A stretch of DNA of 63,659 nucleotides, filler included, from Folioceros fuciformis (lineage: Eukaryota): NCBI GenBank assembly GCA_049999805.1. It is 6 parts of 6 records of this genome, joined end to end, with 100 filler letters (N's around TTAATTAATTAA, not from the genome) between each part and the next. Parts side by side here need not be neighbours in the genome. Positions count along the whole stretch, not along the records: positions 25,686 to 41,523 come from JBNGIO010004119.1; positions 41,624 to 53,959 come from JBNGIO010004120.1; 4 more parts are not named here. One strand, given 5' to 3'. The notes beneath the pieces were generated by a model. It saw nothing but the letters and a program-made list of their open reading frames with translations. It was not told the origin of the DNA and made no database searches. This document shows, one piece after another, positions 36,961 to 49,250 of this stretch. Numbering within the stretch: the stretch's first letter is position 1; each line of letters opens with the position of its first letter. A program made the position numbers and the translations under genes.

Positions 36961-39527
36961 TGCAACGGTAGCTCCGATTCTGCTATGCTAATTCTGCGCT
37001 CCACCAGCTAAATATGTAGCAAGCCTTAGGGATCTCGGAAATCTAGCGAGACTGCACCTGCACCTGCACCTTCTCCGCCTCGGTTGTAGTCTCGGAGTCC
37101 TTCCCTAAAGCTAGGAGCAGCAGTCCCAATTCCACACTCATGACTCCACATGCGGCCGGAATTGGTATCTGCAAAGCCTCTGCGTCGGGTGGCTTGGGTC
37201 GCAAGAGAATGGAAAGAGTCCCCTGGTTCGTGCAGTGTCCATCTCACACCCTGCAACGTGAACCGCCAAGTGGATTAGACAGTACGGCGATCACTTCCTC
37301 TGGATGGCCGCATACTCAGCATGTATGCAATGCAACATCTCTGCTAATGACGTCACATGATCAGGGATGTCTTACACTTACGGAGAGACGTGGACACTAC
37401 AATTTGCAGAGCTACCGGCTGTCCAATCCGGAATCCGCTCTCACAAAGCTGCACTGGCTTCAGATCGCCTTCTGATCTGAAGCCGCTCTCTGACACTATT
37501 GGTTCTCAAGCTAGGCCCGGTTTTGACCAAGAGGATAAGATGCGGTGAAGAGGGATAAAAGGAGCTCCAGCGGGGACAATGACAACATTCTTCGGCAAAT
37601 CACACAATCGAAAGAGCCTTATATCTCTGCGGCGGAACAAGACCATCCAGACAGTGCGGCCTTGATCTTCTGCCCGGCGCATATCTGCCGCCATTACAGG
37701 GTGAGGGCTCGCTCCCCACGTAGGCTGGATGTCAGCAACTCATTTTTCTCCTCAGCGAAGGTTCCACCAGAGGCACCTAATACTGCGCGGAGTTCATCCA
37801 GCTCCGTTAGCATATCACCATCACCTCTTGGACCGTCTTGCAACAACAGGCACAACCTAATTGGGCAAGGGAAGACCGAGATCCTCTAGGGTAACCGAAC
37901 CGTCTCAAGCACGAGCGTCAGTAGAGTGAGTGTGTTCGGCCTGCTGCAGTGCAACATGCTGCCTTTTGCAACATTCGTAAGTACAGTACAAAGAAAAGGC
38001 GTCCAGAGTCCGCACAATCTACAAAACCGTCATCCGCAGTACGGCATGACCAAGGAAAGGTTCAATCTCATCTTCCTCCCCCATTTCCGAAAGCTGTTCC
38101 CGGAAACTCTTGTGCTCTGCCAGGCGAGGCCCCTATTCCTCTCGAAACTAGCCTACATCCCACACTCCTTGGACAAGTTGGCGGTGCACCAGATGGTCAG
38201 ACTGTTGAACAACCTTTCTTCACGTAACGGTAAGCGAATTGCCTGTGGTCCGAGGTCGTGAAACCACAGGGAACAAGAAGATGGCCAGCAGACCGCTCGT
38301 GCCACGTACACACAAGATTTTCGGATCTCAAGAAAAGGCAAGCTCCTGACACAGCCAGCTTCGTGCTAAACTCTGTCATCCAATTCGTATGCTTGCACAT
38401 CCATATGTCTGTATCACCCGGTGACGGTGAGCTGAGTCAAGGTATCAAATGACGGTGGAAACTAGCGTCTCTGGATGCCCAGTCCGCCTCTATGACCACC
38501 AGGCCCACCAGTTACAACCTCCCGTAATTCCGCACGGAGTCCCACGACGAGCGTGTTCTACTCGGGAACTTTAGGTCCAAGACTCCTGAAAGCGTGCACC
38601 TGTATATGGCGCTGACAAGCTCCCCGGTCACAAATACCTGCGCTCCAGCATACCGTTTGTCTCCGAGCGGATGAAGACAAGCGCACCAAGAGAGTACTGT
38701 ACAGGGCTCCGGCTCGGACCAGGGCCTGTCTTGAAATGGCATACCTGTCGTGGCACTCCTCATTTTGATTGTGTGAAGCGCATGTAGACGGATCTCAAAA
38801 AAATCTTCTGGAGATCACCTCTCGAACATGTGGAGATAAGAGATAGACGACCCTCAAACCGAAGGTTGCCCTTGGGATGCACCCAACAAACAGACCACCA
38901 CTGCTACATGGCCAGCCTACGGGCTCTTGACCGACAGTCTGGACATCTGGAGGGGTGTTCGTGGCTCGACCAAGGAACTTCACATCTGGACCACACTACA
39001 GAAACAGCATTTGTAGATTGCTAGCCTGCTGGACTTCGACGAAGGCTCCGAATATCTGGACCAGTCTCAGTTACCAAAATAGACAATTCCTGAAACTTCC
39101 ACAAGGATCACGACACTGACTCAACCGAAACGCCCACCGACGACAGATGCTCACTGAACCGAGGGTTCTCCTCATCTGCAACTTCAGTCTCCTGCTCCGT
39201 CTACAGAACCCTTAGTCAATCAATCAGTCCCAGTCACGCAACACACAAGACATGGCTGTGTTGGAGAAGGGGTACTGACTTCGCAGGTCAGCAGAAACCT
39301 TGACATAAGCAAGACAACAGAAACGGTACATACAAGAGCGTTTAGAGCATAGATATCCTTACGGACTTCAAGACAGCTGAAACATTTAGTCCAAACAGTT
39401 GATTCCTCCTTCCACAAACGGTCTTATCAAGGTCGGAGTCTACGGACTGTACCTGAATACGCTATAGGGTAGACAGGGGATTGCTTTGCCTCCCAAGAGC
39501 TTTGTTTGGATGGGCCATCCACTCAAA

Positions 39528-41523
39528 TCAATTGACCATTCTGCCAAGCCAAGGCACCTTCCGCCTACCCCTTTTCCCTTCCGTAGCTGCTTTGAGGAAG
39601 TTTCGAAAGGTCAACACCAAAGTGTCGCGGGAGCCGGCATCGGGAAGATCGAGATTGCACTGTCTGCCGCTGGCACTTGCTAGAATACACTGCTTCAGGT
39701 TGCCCACAGGTATCTTTATTGAAGCTGCCGTGGTAAACTTTTCAGTCAGAACTACTCTTCGAGTAGCCACCTTCCGGAGCTCAAATCCACTGCGCTTGAT
39801 TGAGAGAACCGCTGGCTCCCAAGTGTCGTCCATAGACCCATCAAATAGCAGCTGCAACTCGAAAGTCGCGAGCCCTGCCGTGGAATACCCATCAATTTTT
39901 TCTTGCAATTCGGCATCACAGCTGATCCAGTTGGCGGAGACTGTCACTAGGTTACCTCGCCGATTGCGCTCATCCATAGGGACACACTCGATTGCCACCA
40001 TGCTATCGATGTCATCGGCCGTGACTGTGTACTCTGGCTGGGCAGCCCCGTCAATGTAAGCGGCACTCCCATTCTTGTGATGGCGGACCCATTGGAAAAT
40101 ACACAAGGATGTGCCGTGGATGGAATGACCACAAGCAGTGAGCTTCCCACCAAGAACAGCATCTCCAATGATGCTAAGTCCATCAATTGCTGGTAAAGGA
40201 TCCTCGTCTTCAGAAGCAGAAGCATTGGGCTCTTCAGGTAGGGTGGGAAGAAGACGTCGGTCAGCCTCACTCTTTTCCTGGTCCTCCTTGTCGACCAGAG
40301 GGTAAGGTGGATCATACAAGTCTCTGTCGACAAAGGCCTCCTGGTCTTGTTCGTCGTTATGCTCGCTGTCATGGTGCTCTGCTGAAGGATGAACTGCCGG
40401 TGACGATTGGCGTTCTGCAGGCGATTCGGACGCTCCCGTATGATCCTGCCCCAGGTAGTGAGCATGCCTAGAGATATCAGGCCTGAACGGAACGTCATTA
40501 CCATTACCATTACCATTGCCATTACTACTACCATTACCCCCATGAGGATGAGGCACAGAGGGCGACTCCCAGGGGGCAGACCGTTGAGCTTGGCCCGATG
40601 GCGACGAGATCAACTGTGATTGTACAGCACGCTGCGGAACAAGCTCCATACCATGGCCTTCAGCTTGATACGGAGTCTGATGCAGTTGGGGAGCAGGAGG
40701 AAAAGCCGCTGAATGTTGGTACATGGGATCACCTTCGTTGAGGCTGTACTCGGATCGCAGGTGCTGCACCAGAACCTTGACCGCACCCACAATGGAGTGC
40801 GCATCCGCAACCGGAGGTTGCAAGTCGAAATCCGTGAGCATGGGCAGCAAGGAGGTGAGAAACACAGATCTGTCCCGTTCAGCTGTCTGGAGAGCGTACG
40901 TGAGACGGATATTCTCCTCAATGACGTCCTGCCTGTAGGACAGAGCCTTGGAAGCCGCATCCACCAATCCCTGCTGCTGCTGATCATAAGCCAAGCGCAA
41001 CTCGGCAACCCTCCGCTCCAATATCCTCTTCTCACTCAGAAGCTGAGCCTCCTTGATGGAGGCATCCACCAAGCGCGTCCGCAGCTGAGCGTTCTCCTCC
41101 TCGTACATCCTGGCCGTCCTAAGATACACGTCCGCATAATGCCCCTCGGAAGGGCGCGCCACAGCCATCCCGTTGGGATACGATCTCACATCCAGCCCCG
41201 AGCCCGGGTGATGCCCGCCATGGCCATGAGGAGACAAGGAAGCCGAGGACAGCGCAGGACTGGACGTATCCAAATGAGGAGGCCCGTAGCCCGACCCCAC
41301 CGGCCCGCCGTTGTTGTTCCCCGCACTCCTGCTCATGCCTTGCCCATGCCCATGGCCATGCGCTCCATTCTGCAAGCCCTGGTTGGGAATCCTCTCATTC
41401 TCAGAATCCGACGGGCCATTGGAATGCAGCGCCAAAGAATTCTCCATGTCCTCCTGCAGCCGGATCATGGCCTGGTCATCCGCCGACAAGCCATGCCCCA
41501 GATGCGGCGGCTTCTTCATGGCC
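39528..41523 (-). CDS. Plant coiled-coil protein with C-terminal AIR9-like Ig domain and PH-like domain (At5g08440/At5g23490-like); intronless over the visible part, probably 5'-truncated
   Basis: Open 663-aa frame with EKRILERRVAELRLAYDQQQQGLVDAASKALSYRQDVIEENIRL, LPAIDGLSIIGDA, FQWVRH, GA.QPEYTVTADD.D and RDTLVLTFR. Confidence 0.75.
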
Positions 41524-41623
41524 NNNNNNNNNNNNNNNNNNNNNNNNNNNNNNNNNNNNNNNNNNNNTTAATTAATTAANNNNNNNNNNNNNNNNNNNNN
41601 NNNNNNNNNNNNNNNNNNNNNNN
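41524..41623. other. Artificial contig linker
   Basis: N44-TTAATTAATTAA-N44. Confidence 0.97.
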
Positions 41624-42011
41624 CACTCCCGAGCTGCCGCAGATGCTCGGATGGGGGCAAGGGCAAAACAGCAGGTTTTCTCGGCCAAACCGTTATTCAA
41701 ACAAAATACTTGCTTTACTTAGGTGCCCGATCCGGTGCAGCCTGAGGACTTTGGAAATTTCCGACTCAAGCATCGCCTCATCCGGTACGTCACCCTTGCA
41801 AATCAGACCGTCATGTGCAACGCGAGGCCTACTTTCCTGCTGCCGCTCTCTGCGGGTCCGATCACTTGTGCTGGACTGACCTCCTTTGTTGCATCGCTCT
41901 GATTTTTCTCGTGCCCATTCCTTGCATTCTTCTTTTCCTTACTAACGGAAGGGGGTTGTGTGCTGTCCTGTCAGACTATTTTGTCCAGGTCCGTAGGGAA
42001 ATTTGGCGGTG

Positions 42012-43271
42012 ATGCGGTTAGCGCGGCTGGTGCGGTCACACATGACCTCGTCTCGGGGTGGTGTGGCCGCATGGAGACAAGCAAGTGCAGGATTTTCGTC
42101 GAGGGTGCCAAATGATGCTTTAGGTGGCACGGACCCAGCAGAGTCTGGGACATGGTTCCAGAAACTTAAGGGGATGTTCAAAGGAAAGCAGCAGCATGAG
42201 GAGCAGCGGCAAGACGTGCAGCAACAGCAGCACGCACCTTCGCAGGAACCCGAATCTGAGATCGTGGAGAACCTTTCGATGATAGGTATCGACGCAGTCA
42301 CTGCCAGAATTAGGGTTGAAGGTTTGGGTTTTGCACCGGTTGGTGTGGTTGTGCCTGAGTGGCAGTCTTGTCTGTCCTGTGGACACCAGACTTTGCAAAT
42401 CAAATGAAGAAAGCTCGGCAATTTGGGAGCTTGACTGCGTTTGGGCGTGGGCTTCCTCGAGGCGGGGAGAAACAGGTCGCAGCTTCGTTGGAACGACAGG
42501 AGCAGATACTGCGGGCTCTTGCCCGATACGACCCAGAGGTATTGAGAGCATCTGTGATTGGAATGTTGAGCATGTGCTAGTACGCGTGGGTGAGGGGTAA
42601 GTAAGATGAGAGCTGTTAATTGAGTGTGTGCCTGAATGGACTTGAATGTATGGGTGCCTGGTTTTGTGGTTAGGAGAGGTCCGAGGGCAAGGTTTTGCAG
42701 ACTGTGTTTCTCCCAGTGCACGGGAAGTAAGGAAAGGCTGGGCTGGGCTGGGCTGCGTAGCGCTTGGGAGCCCAGCAGAAAGCTGAAGTTGCAGCAGAAT
42801 GCAGCTGTACTGCGAAGGATGTGGACGCTGTGCTTGGCAAATATGAGTGGATGAAGGAGGTGCACAAACGGTGTGCGAAACTGAAGGAGGAAGGAAAGCC
42901 CCTTCCCAAATCCATGCAGGAGGTAACCATCCTCGGGACATCTTTGTTCTTTTCTCTCGTGTTTGCCTACAGCTGTCTCCCCACCCCCGGCCACCTTGTA
43001 ACACTTGCATTCCAACTGAAGGTAGAGGAGATGATGAAAGGGTGGTGGAGTCCGTCCGCTTCAGTCAACCTGGGAAAGAGTTCAGATCTCAGCCGAAATG
43101 CGAAGTGCCCCTGTAATTCAGGGAAGAAGTACAAGCGGTAAGGAAGATTTTGTCGCGGGCCCGAGCATGTACGGCTCTATCTCTAGCCGACCACCTTACT
43201 TACAGAGCCATCTTGTATTATGTCGCCCCTGCTACAGGTGTTGTGGGATGGACCCAACTTCAAGTCTGTGA
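42012..43271 (+). CDS. Organelle-targeted SEC-C motif protein (At3g04950-like), spliced
   Basis: Arg-rich presequence, DFANQMKKARQFGSL, VAAECSCTAKDVDAVLGKYEW, EEGKPLPKSM.EVE and SEC-C motif SRNAKCPCNSGKKYKR|CCG. Confidence 0.82.
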
Positions 43272-44337
43272 GAGCGTTTGGGCCCTCTTTATTGTTTTTT
43301 GGCATTCAAAAGGGATTTTCACATCACTGCCGAACCGTGAACGGTCCTTTCTTTAGAGTGATGCAGTGGAAGCAGTGCTCTCTCTCTGCGGAGCGATCCA
43401 TTCGACAGATCCCGTGACGAAAATCTGCGTAAAGTAGTAGGAGGCCATCCTTCTAGGATACTTAATAACAACGATATCATCCATGTGTGACCATTTGGCC
43501 AAAGCCATTCTATCCTCCAAATTCATTCTTGATTATGACTTAGGCAAAATATTCAACAATACGATGGGAATTAGAGCAATTCTACATCATAAAGATGTCC
43601 ATGATGGTGTTTAGGACTATGTAGTTCATTAACAGAACCTTAGATTAACAAGGCTATTTATCGAGGAAAACTAAAGATCAAGAATAAGGCTTTTCACCTA
43701 AGGGAAACCAAAGATCGAGAAAACCTTCTCACATACGTCTATATGTGTGACTCACTACACCAATTGGTGGGAAGTATTCATAACTGTGTTATCTTCTACA
43801 TGCTTTGTTGTTTTCAAGTTTCTTTTCTATCTCCATTTTTTCACATGTTCTCTATATTGAAGTTGCATTATCCTCATTTCCTAAGTGCAAGCTTTATCTC
43901 TTCTTCTCTCAAAAGAGGAGGTTGGGAAGATTCTACAATTTAAAGCTCTCTCGTAAGGTCTTCCTAGGGCTAGCTTCTTACATTTTATTGCTTCCTTGAC
44001 ATGTACTCTTCTACTCTCAAATGGACTTTTTGGTTCTGAAGTTTTAGTTAATTTGTTCGTTAAATTGGTAATAAAAACGTAAAATATTTGAAAAAAATAA
44101 CAAGTTTCTTGCATTGCCTTTCTAACATAATGTACTTTGTGTGCAGAAACATTATCCTTTGCTTCGTCGTAACATCCTATTCCCGACTAGTGTTATCCCT
44201 TGTGCTAGTGTAAGTGTTAATGATATATCAACATCCCAGTTTCGTGATCACATCTACTTAGCTTTTGTATTGAGCCATTTTAGATGTCGTACCTAATAAA
44301 TCTATTGTATGTGTTAAAATAACAGCTCTAATCCGCG

Positions 44338-46408
44338 ATGGCAGCCATGCACGCTTTCACCATGTTAGTGGGCACTCCTCTAATGCATGTGCACCACAAG
44401 GAAGGCAACCCACATGCTATGCTTAGGACACCGATATTGGTTTCCTTTAAGAATAAGATCCAGGGATTGAATCTCTCATGGCTTGGAGCAAGCCAGCGGC
44501 TTCCTATTGCTCCAAAGGTTACACTACCCTCACATACCAAGAGACATCGCGGCACCATAATGTGTAAAAAGGACATGGATTCTCCTTATCTGCGTAGTGA
44601 AATCTATGCCTACGGACTTGTTTCTCTCGTGAGACTTGGAGGGATGGGCTTTCGGGTAAAGAAACAACCAGTGCTTTGAATGAACAAAATGTTGTACCTT
44701 ATGTTGTTGGATTCCTTAGGAGTCCAAGCACCATTGGATTTTAAAGACGTAGTCAAGTTTCAACTTTCTAACATTATGTTGTTTTTGCTTTGTTTAGGCT
44801 GACCTTATTCGCGTGTTTAAGACAAACAAGGCTGGCTATGTTGTCCAAGTCAATATGTATAATGTAGGTTTTTCATTCTTTTGCTCATATTGTTTGTGTA
44901 CAAGTAAGTTGTGAGAAAAATTGCATTGAATCAAGGAAAAATCATCCATTTATTTTAAAAAAACAAGATGGAAAACCCATTTACCCCTATAGAGGGAGAG
45001 AAATCATGATTGAAACCCTAAGGGCTAATCTATGAATGAATGTTACGAATAGCAATATTTGTGTACTGATTTGCTATTTCATTTGCCAGAAGCACATGCG
45101 AAAGTTTGTTATTTTGCAAGTTGAGGAATCAGAGGCCTTCAAAATTGCTACTCAATTTGAGGTAGGCTTTATTGTGTTGCATCTTCCAATGTTGACCTTT
45201 CTTCCAAGTATTAGGGAAAGTAGATGTTTCATAGAGACTAATTTAGAGTTGTTTGATTTGCTGTCACGAAATGACTGGATGAAGCCCATAAGGACTTTAT
45301 TATAGGAGCATAAGGAGGTCGGCTAATTTTTGTGTTAATTTTATTATGTTTGGTTGCAGATTTTAATTGAGAACGAGAAGAATTACTTCAAGTCCGGGCA
45401 TACTTTTCGTAGATCTAAGTATTGTAATTTGCAGCTCATCCTATTCTACTACACGAAGCTTGTAATATTCTTTTAACCTCGACTTTGTTTTTCACACTTG
45501 AAATGTGTCTTTCTTCAATATAATGCAGGTCTGTAGCATTTGAGTGCCCACTGTACATGGACTTTGTTTGGCATCGACATGTGATGTTCATGGATTGTGA
45601 AGAGGATCGTGCTCCTAAAGATCAACAAGAGGTATGGTTTGAGCACTTGCCCTTGAACAAGAGGCCTTGTAGTACCATCCCAGACACAATCAAATCTAAT
45701 GTAGTTGGTGAAGACTATGTTGTATCCAATGGTGGCCCTTGCGATCTTTTATGTTATCTAATTCTAAGCTACAAGGTAAGAAACCATACTCATGAAACCA
45801 ATCATCCTCCAACTTGAAGGCTACTATGAGTGAAGTTGTTGTGATCTAGATGTAAGGAATCATGTTCTTTGAAGTGCTAACAATGCTTCATGTCTCCTTT
45901 AGATCCTCCTAGTTGGTTTGTTTAAAGTGGAGAGTAAGGATAACAAGGCTACATATCATGCTCGCCTCGACATGTCAAATGTAAGTCTCTGAATGCATCA
46001 CTATAATCGTTTTGCTAGTAAAATCAAAGTGTAAGCTATATATGCATCATGGATGTGGATGTTCTAGAGTATTATTTGAACCCATTTTTTCTTTTCCAGA
46101 ATCTAAGTGGTGCACGCACCATAATGGATTTGGAACTAGAGGAGTCAGAGGCCATGAAATTCAAAGTTGAGTTAAAGGTAAGCTAAGAGCTTTGTGTCAA
46201 ATCCACTTAATTATGATTATGGGTTCTAGCCTTCTACTGGTTTTTGTTTTTTTCGGTCTTTTTTGTGTTGAACATGAGAAGTCGGCCAACATGTTTAGCA
46301 ATATGAATAATAGCACACATATAAGAAAGTGGAAACTCTTGAAAGAGCAACCAAGCTTTGTATGATTTTCTTTTCCATCCTTGTTCCTAGGTTCACATCG
46401 AGGAGTAG
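44338..46408 (+). CDS. Predicted multi-exon gene with two tandem diverged DUF151/bifunctional-nuclease-like repeats
   Basis: Frame-compatible GT-AG exons at 44338-44628, 44798-44863, 45090-45161, 45360-45418, 45529-45775, 45903-45980, 46100-46177 and 46391-46408 (VHIEE*). The EESEA motif occurs in both repeats. Confidence 0.55.
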
Positions 46409-46655
46409 TCCTCACTTTCTTTTGAAAGAACATCTACAATTGAGTCTATATGAACTGCACATCACATACCCTTAAGTTAGCTCATTGTTGTGATGGGGTT
46501 AATATTCATTTCTTATTGTAAAAAAGCTCCATGGGGCTACTTGTTATAAAAACCCTATTGGGTTACTCTAAATTAAATCCGCTATGAAGTTTGCTGTGGA
46601 AACATATATGGAGATATGATACACATACATTTTCAATTATGGCCCCAGTTGGCAC

Positions 46656-47040
46656 GCACAAGTGCGCTTCAGTAGACTTGGGAACAGACATAGCATGCAC
46701 AAGTGCGCTTTAGTAGACCTGGGAACAGACATAGCATGCACAAGTGCGCTTCAGTAGACCTGGGAACAGACATAGCATGCACAAGTGCGCNNNNNNNNNN
46801 GTGCGCTTCAGTAGACCTGGGAACAGACATAGCATGCACAAGTGCGCACCAGTCCAGCTGTGGCCCCAGTTGACGCGCACAAGTGTGCGCCAGTAGTCCT
46901 AGGAATAGAGTTGGTACGCACTTATGCACGCTAGTCCAGCTGTGGCCCGAGCTGGCGCGCACTTGTGCACGCCAATACAGGTAGGGCCCTTGCTGGGGCC
47001 GCAGCTCTCCTAACGTGCACAAGTGCCCACCAGTACAGCT
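46656..47040 (+). repeat. 41-nt minisatellite (GCACAAGTGCGCTTCAGTAGACCTGGGAACAGACATAGCAT) with decayed flanking units
   Basis: Period of 41 measured between 46661 and 46702; 10-N gap inside the array. Confidence 0.9.
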
Positions 47041-48965
47041 GGGTCAGTCCTTCAGTTTCAAGGTTCTAGTCTCTCAAGAAAAAGACACACCCATCAGGGT
47101 TTCGAATCCTATTGACAAAGTAAACATGGTGGAGAGAAATGCTAGAAGATTAGTTTAGATTAGTAGCTAGATTAATGGTGAGTCGATGGGGTCTAGGAGG
47201 GTGTGTGGTAGATAGGACACGGGCTCCAGTTCCTCAGGATAAGGCAACAGAGAAACAGGAACCCTAGAACGGGTCATGGGAGGTGAGTCGGGGTCCCCTC
47301 TGTCTGGTGCTGGTGGAAGCGGAAGATGGAGGTAGAGGTGCCTGAGGCCGAGGCCTGAGAGCAGACCTCCACGCAGGGAGGGGCTAAGGCTGGGGAAGCA
47401 TCGGCTCTGAGGGGTAGCTAGGTAGCCAAGGGAGCATGTGAGCGGTTACGTACGGGTGGAAGGGCCGAAGTCGCCAGGCTATAGGGGGGCTGTAGGGAGC
47501 GAGTTCCACTGGGCGACTTGGCCGGGTTCGGGCTCGAGTTTTGACTAGATCCAGCCAGCCCGTAGACTGGCAAGACGGGTAGCCGGGAGCAAGCCAGGGG
47601 CCCCCTAGCTGCTGAGGAACCTAACCGGCAGCCAAGTCCGCCAGCTGCATGCAGGTAGCGGCCAAGGCCGGCTGGGCTGGCAACGGGGTCAGGGAACCAG
47701 GAGTCAGACCGACCACAGGAGTGGGCCGGGACGAAGGTAGGCAGGTCAGCAAGCCGGCTGCCTAAGCGGATCAGGCATGGTGGCTGGTCAGGTTGAGCTG
47801 CTAGCAGGAAGGCGCCTAGCTTGCAAGGAGCCGGCTGGGGTGGCCTTGAGTCGGGCAGTTGATGGCTGCAGCGCCAGGCTGATTGGGAGGACTCGGGGGT
47901 GAAGTGCCTGGCTGGATCGGGAGGCCGAGCTGATCGGCTAGCCAGGCTGGTGGGCAGGCCGAAACTCGGTCGATGGTGTGGCTGGCGGCGGAGAGATCTA
48001 GCCAGCCGCGGCAGATCACGGCTGGCTGCCCGATTCAGGAGCCGGGCCGGTGGTGGCGAGTCGGGCCTGAACCTAGGCCAGGCATGGATCCGGGTCTGGG
48101 CTGGGGTCCAAGCTGGATCCGGTGGGCCGGAGGGCTGTAGGTGCAAGGATCAGCAGGGCCGTCAGCAGGCAGGCAATCGGTAGACCTGACTGCCAGCAGG
48201 CATGCAACCCGAAGTGCAGCAGGAGCATCTAGCTCGCTGATTGGCGGGCATACGAGTTCAACAGACGGCCGGGCTGAATAGGAAGCCTGGTTGATCAGCT
48301 AGCACGGGTGATTGCAGGTGGACGCACATTTGGACAAGCATCAACTGGCAGGTGGCTAGCTAGCCGGGTCTACCCATGCATCTAGCAATCGAGTTACAGG
48401 CGGATCCAGGCAGGTACATGCACTCGGGAGACGGCCAGGTCGAAAGGCAGGTGATGGCGAAGGGCTCTAACAGTGCTGTGGAGGGGTGCTGAATTGGGGA
48501 AGTGCGAAGCGGGGGCTGGTGTTAGGGAAGAATACGGGTCCCATGGTAGCAACGTGTACAATCAGATGGAGGACCGTATGCATTGGTGAGGAGCTTCTTC
48601 AACTATCAGCGGTTTTGGGCAACGTGCAGTGCAGGAGTACTTTCTGGGTCTAGAGAATGAGCAGCGGTGGAAGTGTCTGGCCGAGCGGCTGGTGTGGAGT
48701 TCCAGGTGCCCTCGCTGAAGGGGGGAAGCAGTGGGCCCGAGTTTCAGATCCTACTGGGATTGAGAGGAAGTAGGCTTGTTGTCCAGGGGGAAGAAGGGGG
48801 GTGTTCTGAGTGACACTCCAAGGATGACAATCTGAATTCCTAGTCTTGACCTACTGTCAGCTTATCGTGCATGCGGGGGGAGGTCCGAGGGAGTCAAGGG
48901 CAGTTTTGAGAGGCACTGATGATTGTTGGTAGGGGCAACTAGCAGTGTCCTAAGGGTAGCGGGCA

Positions 48966-49250
48966 ATTAGGGTTAGAATTAGGTTAGAGTTATGCTCGAC
49001 TTAGGTCTAGGTTAGGTTTAGGTGAGACCTAGGTTAGGTCTAGGTCAGACCTAGGTTAGGTTTAGGTCAGATCCAGGTTAGGTCAGACCTAAGTTAGGTG
49101 ACATCTAGGTTAGACTTAGGTTAGGTTTAGGTCAGATCCAGGTTAGGTCAGACCTAAGTTAGTTTAGGTCTAGGTTAGATTTAGGTTATGTTTAGGTCAA
49201 ATCCAGGTTAGGACAGACCTAGATTAGGTTAGGTTAGGATTAACCCTAGT
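48966..49250 (+). repeat. Degenerate TTAGG/CTAGG/TCAGA pentamer array
   Basis: Dense ttaggt/ctaggt/tcagac units read directly. Confidence 0.8.

Noticed and set aside
37350-39250. Coding-looking minus-strand fragments
   Set aside because: They are interrupted by stops and no family is recognisable, so they were left uncalled.
47418-48183. 242-aa Pro/Ala/Arg-rich ORF
   Set aside because: Low-complexity GC-rich repeat sequence with no domain signal.
48966-49250. True telomere
   Set aside because: The array is internal, degenerate and not made of the plant TTTAGGG unit.
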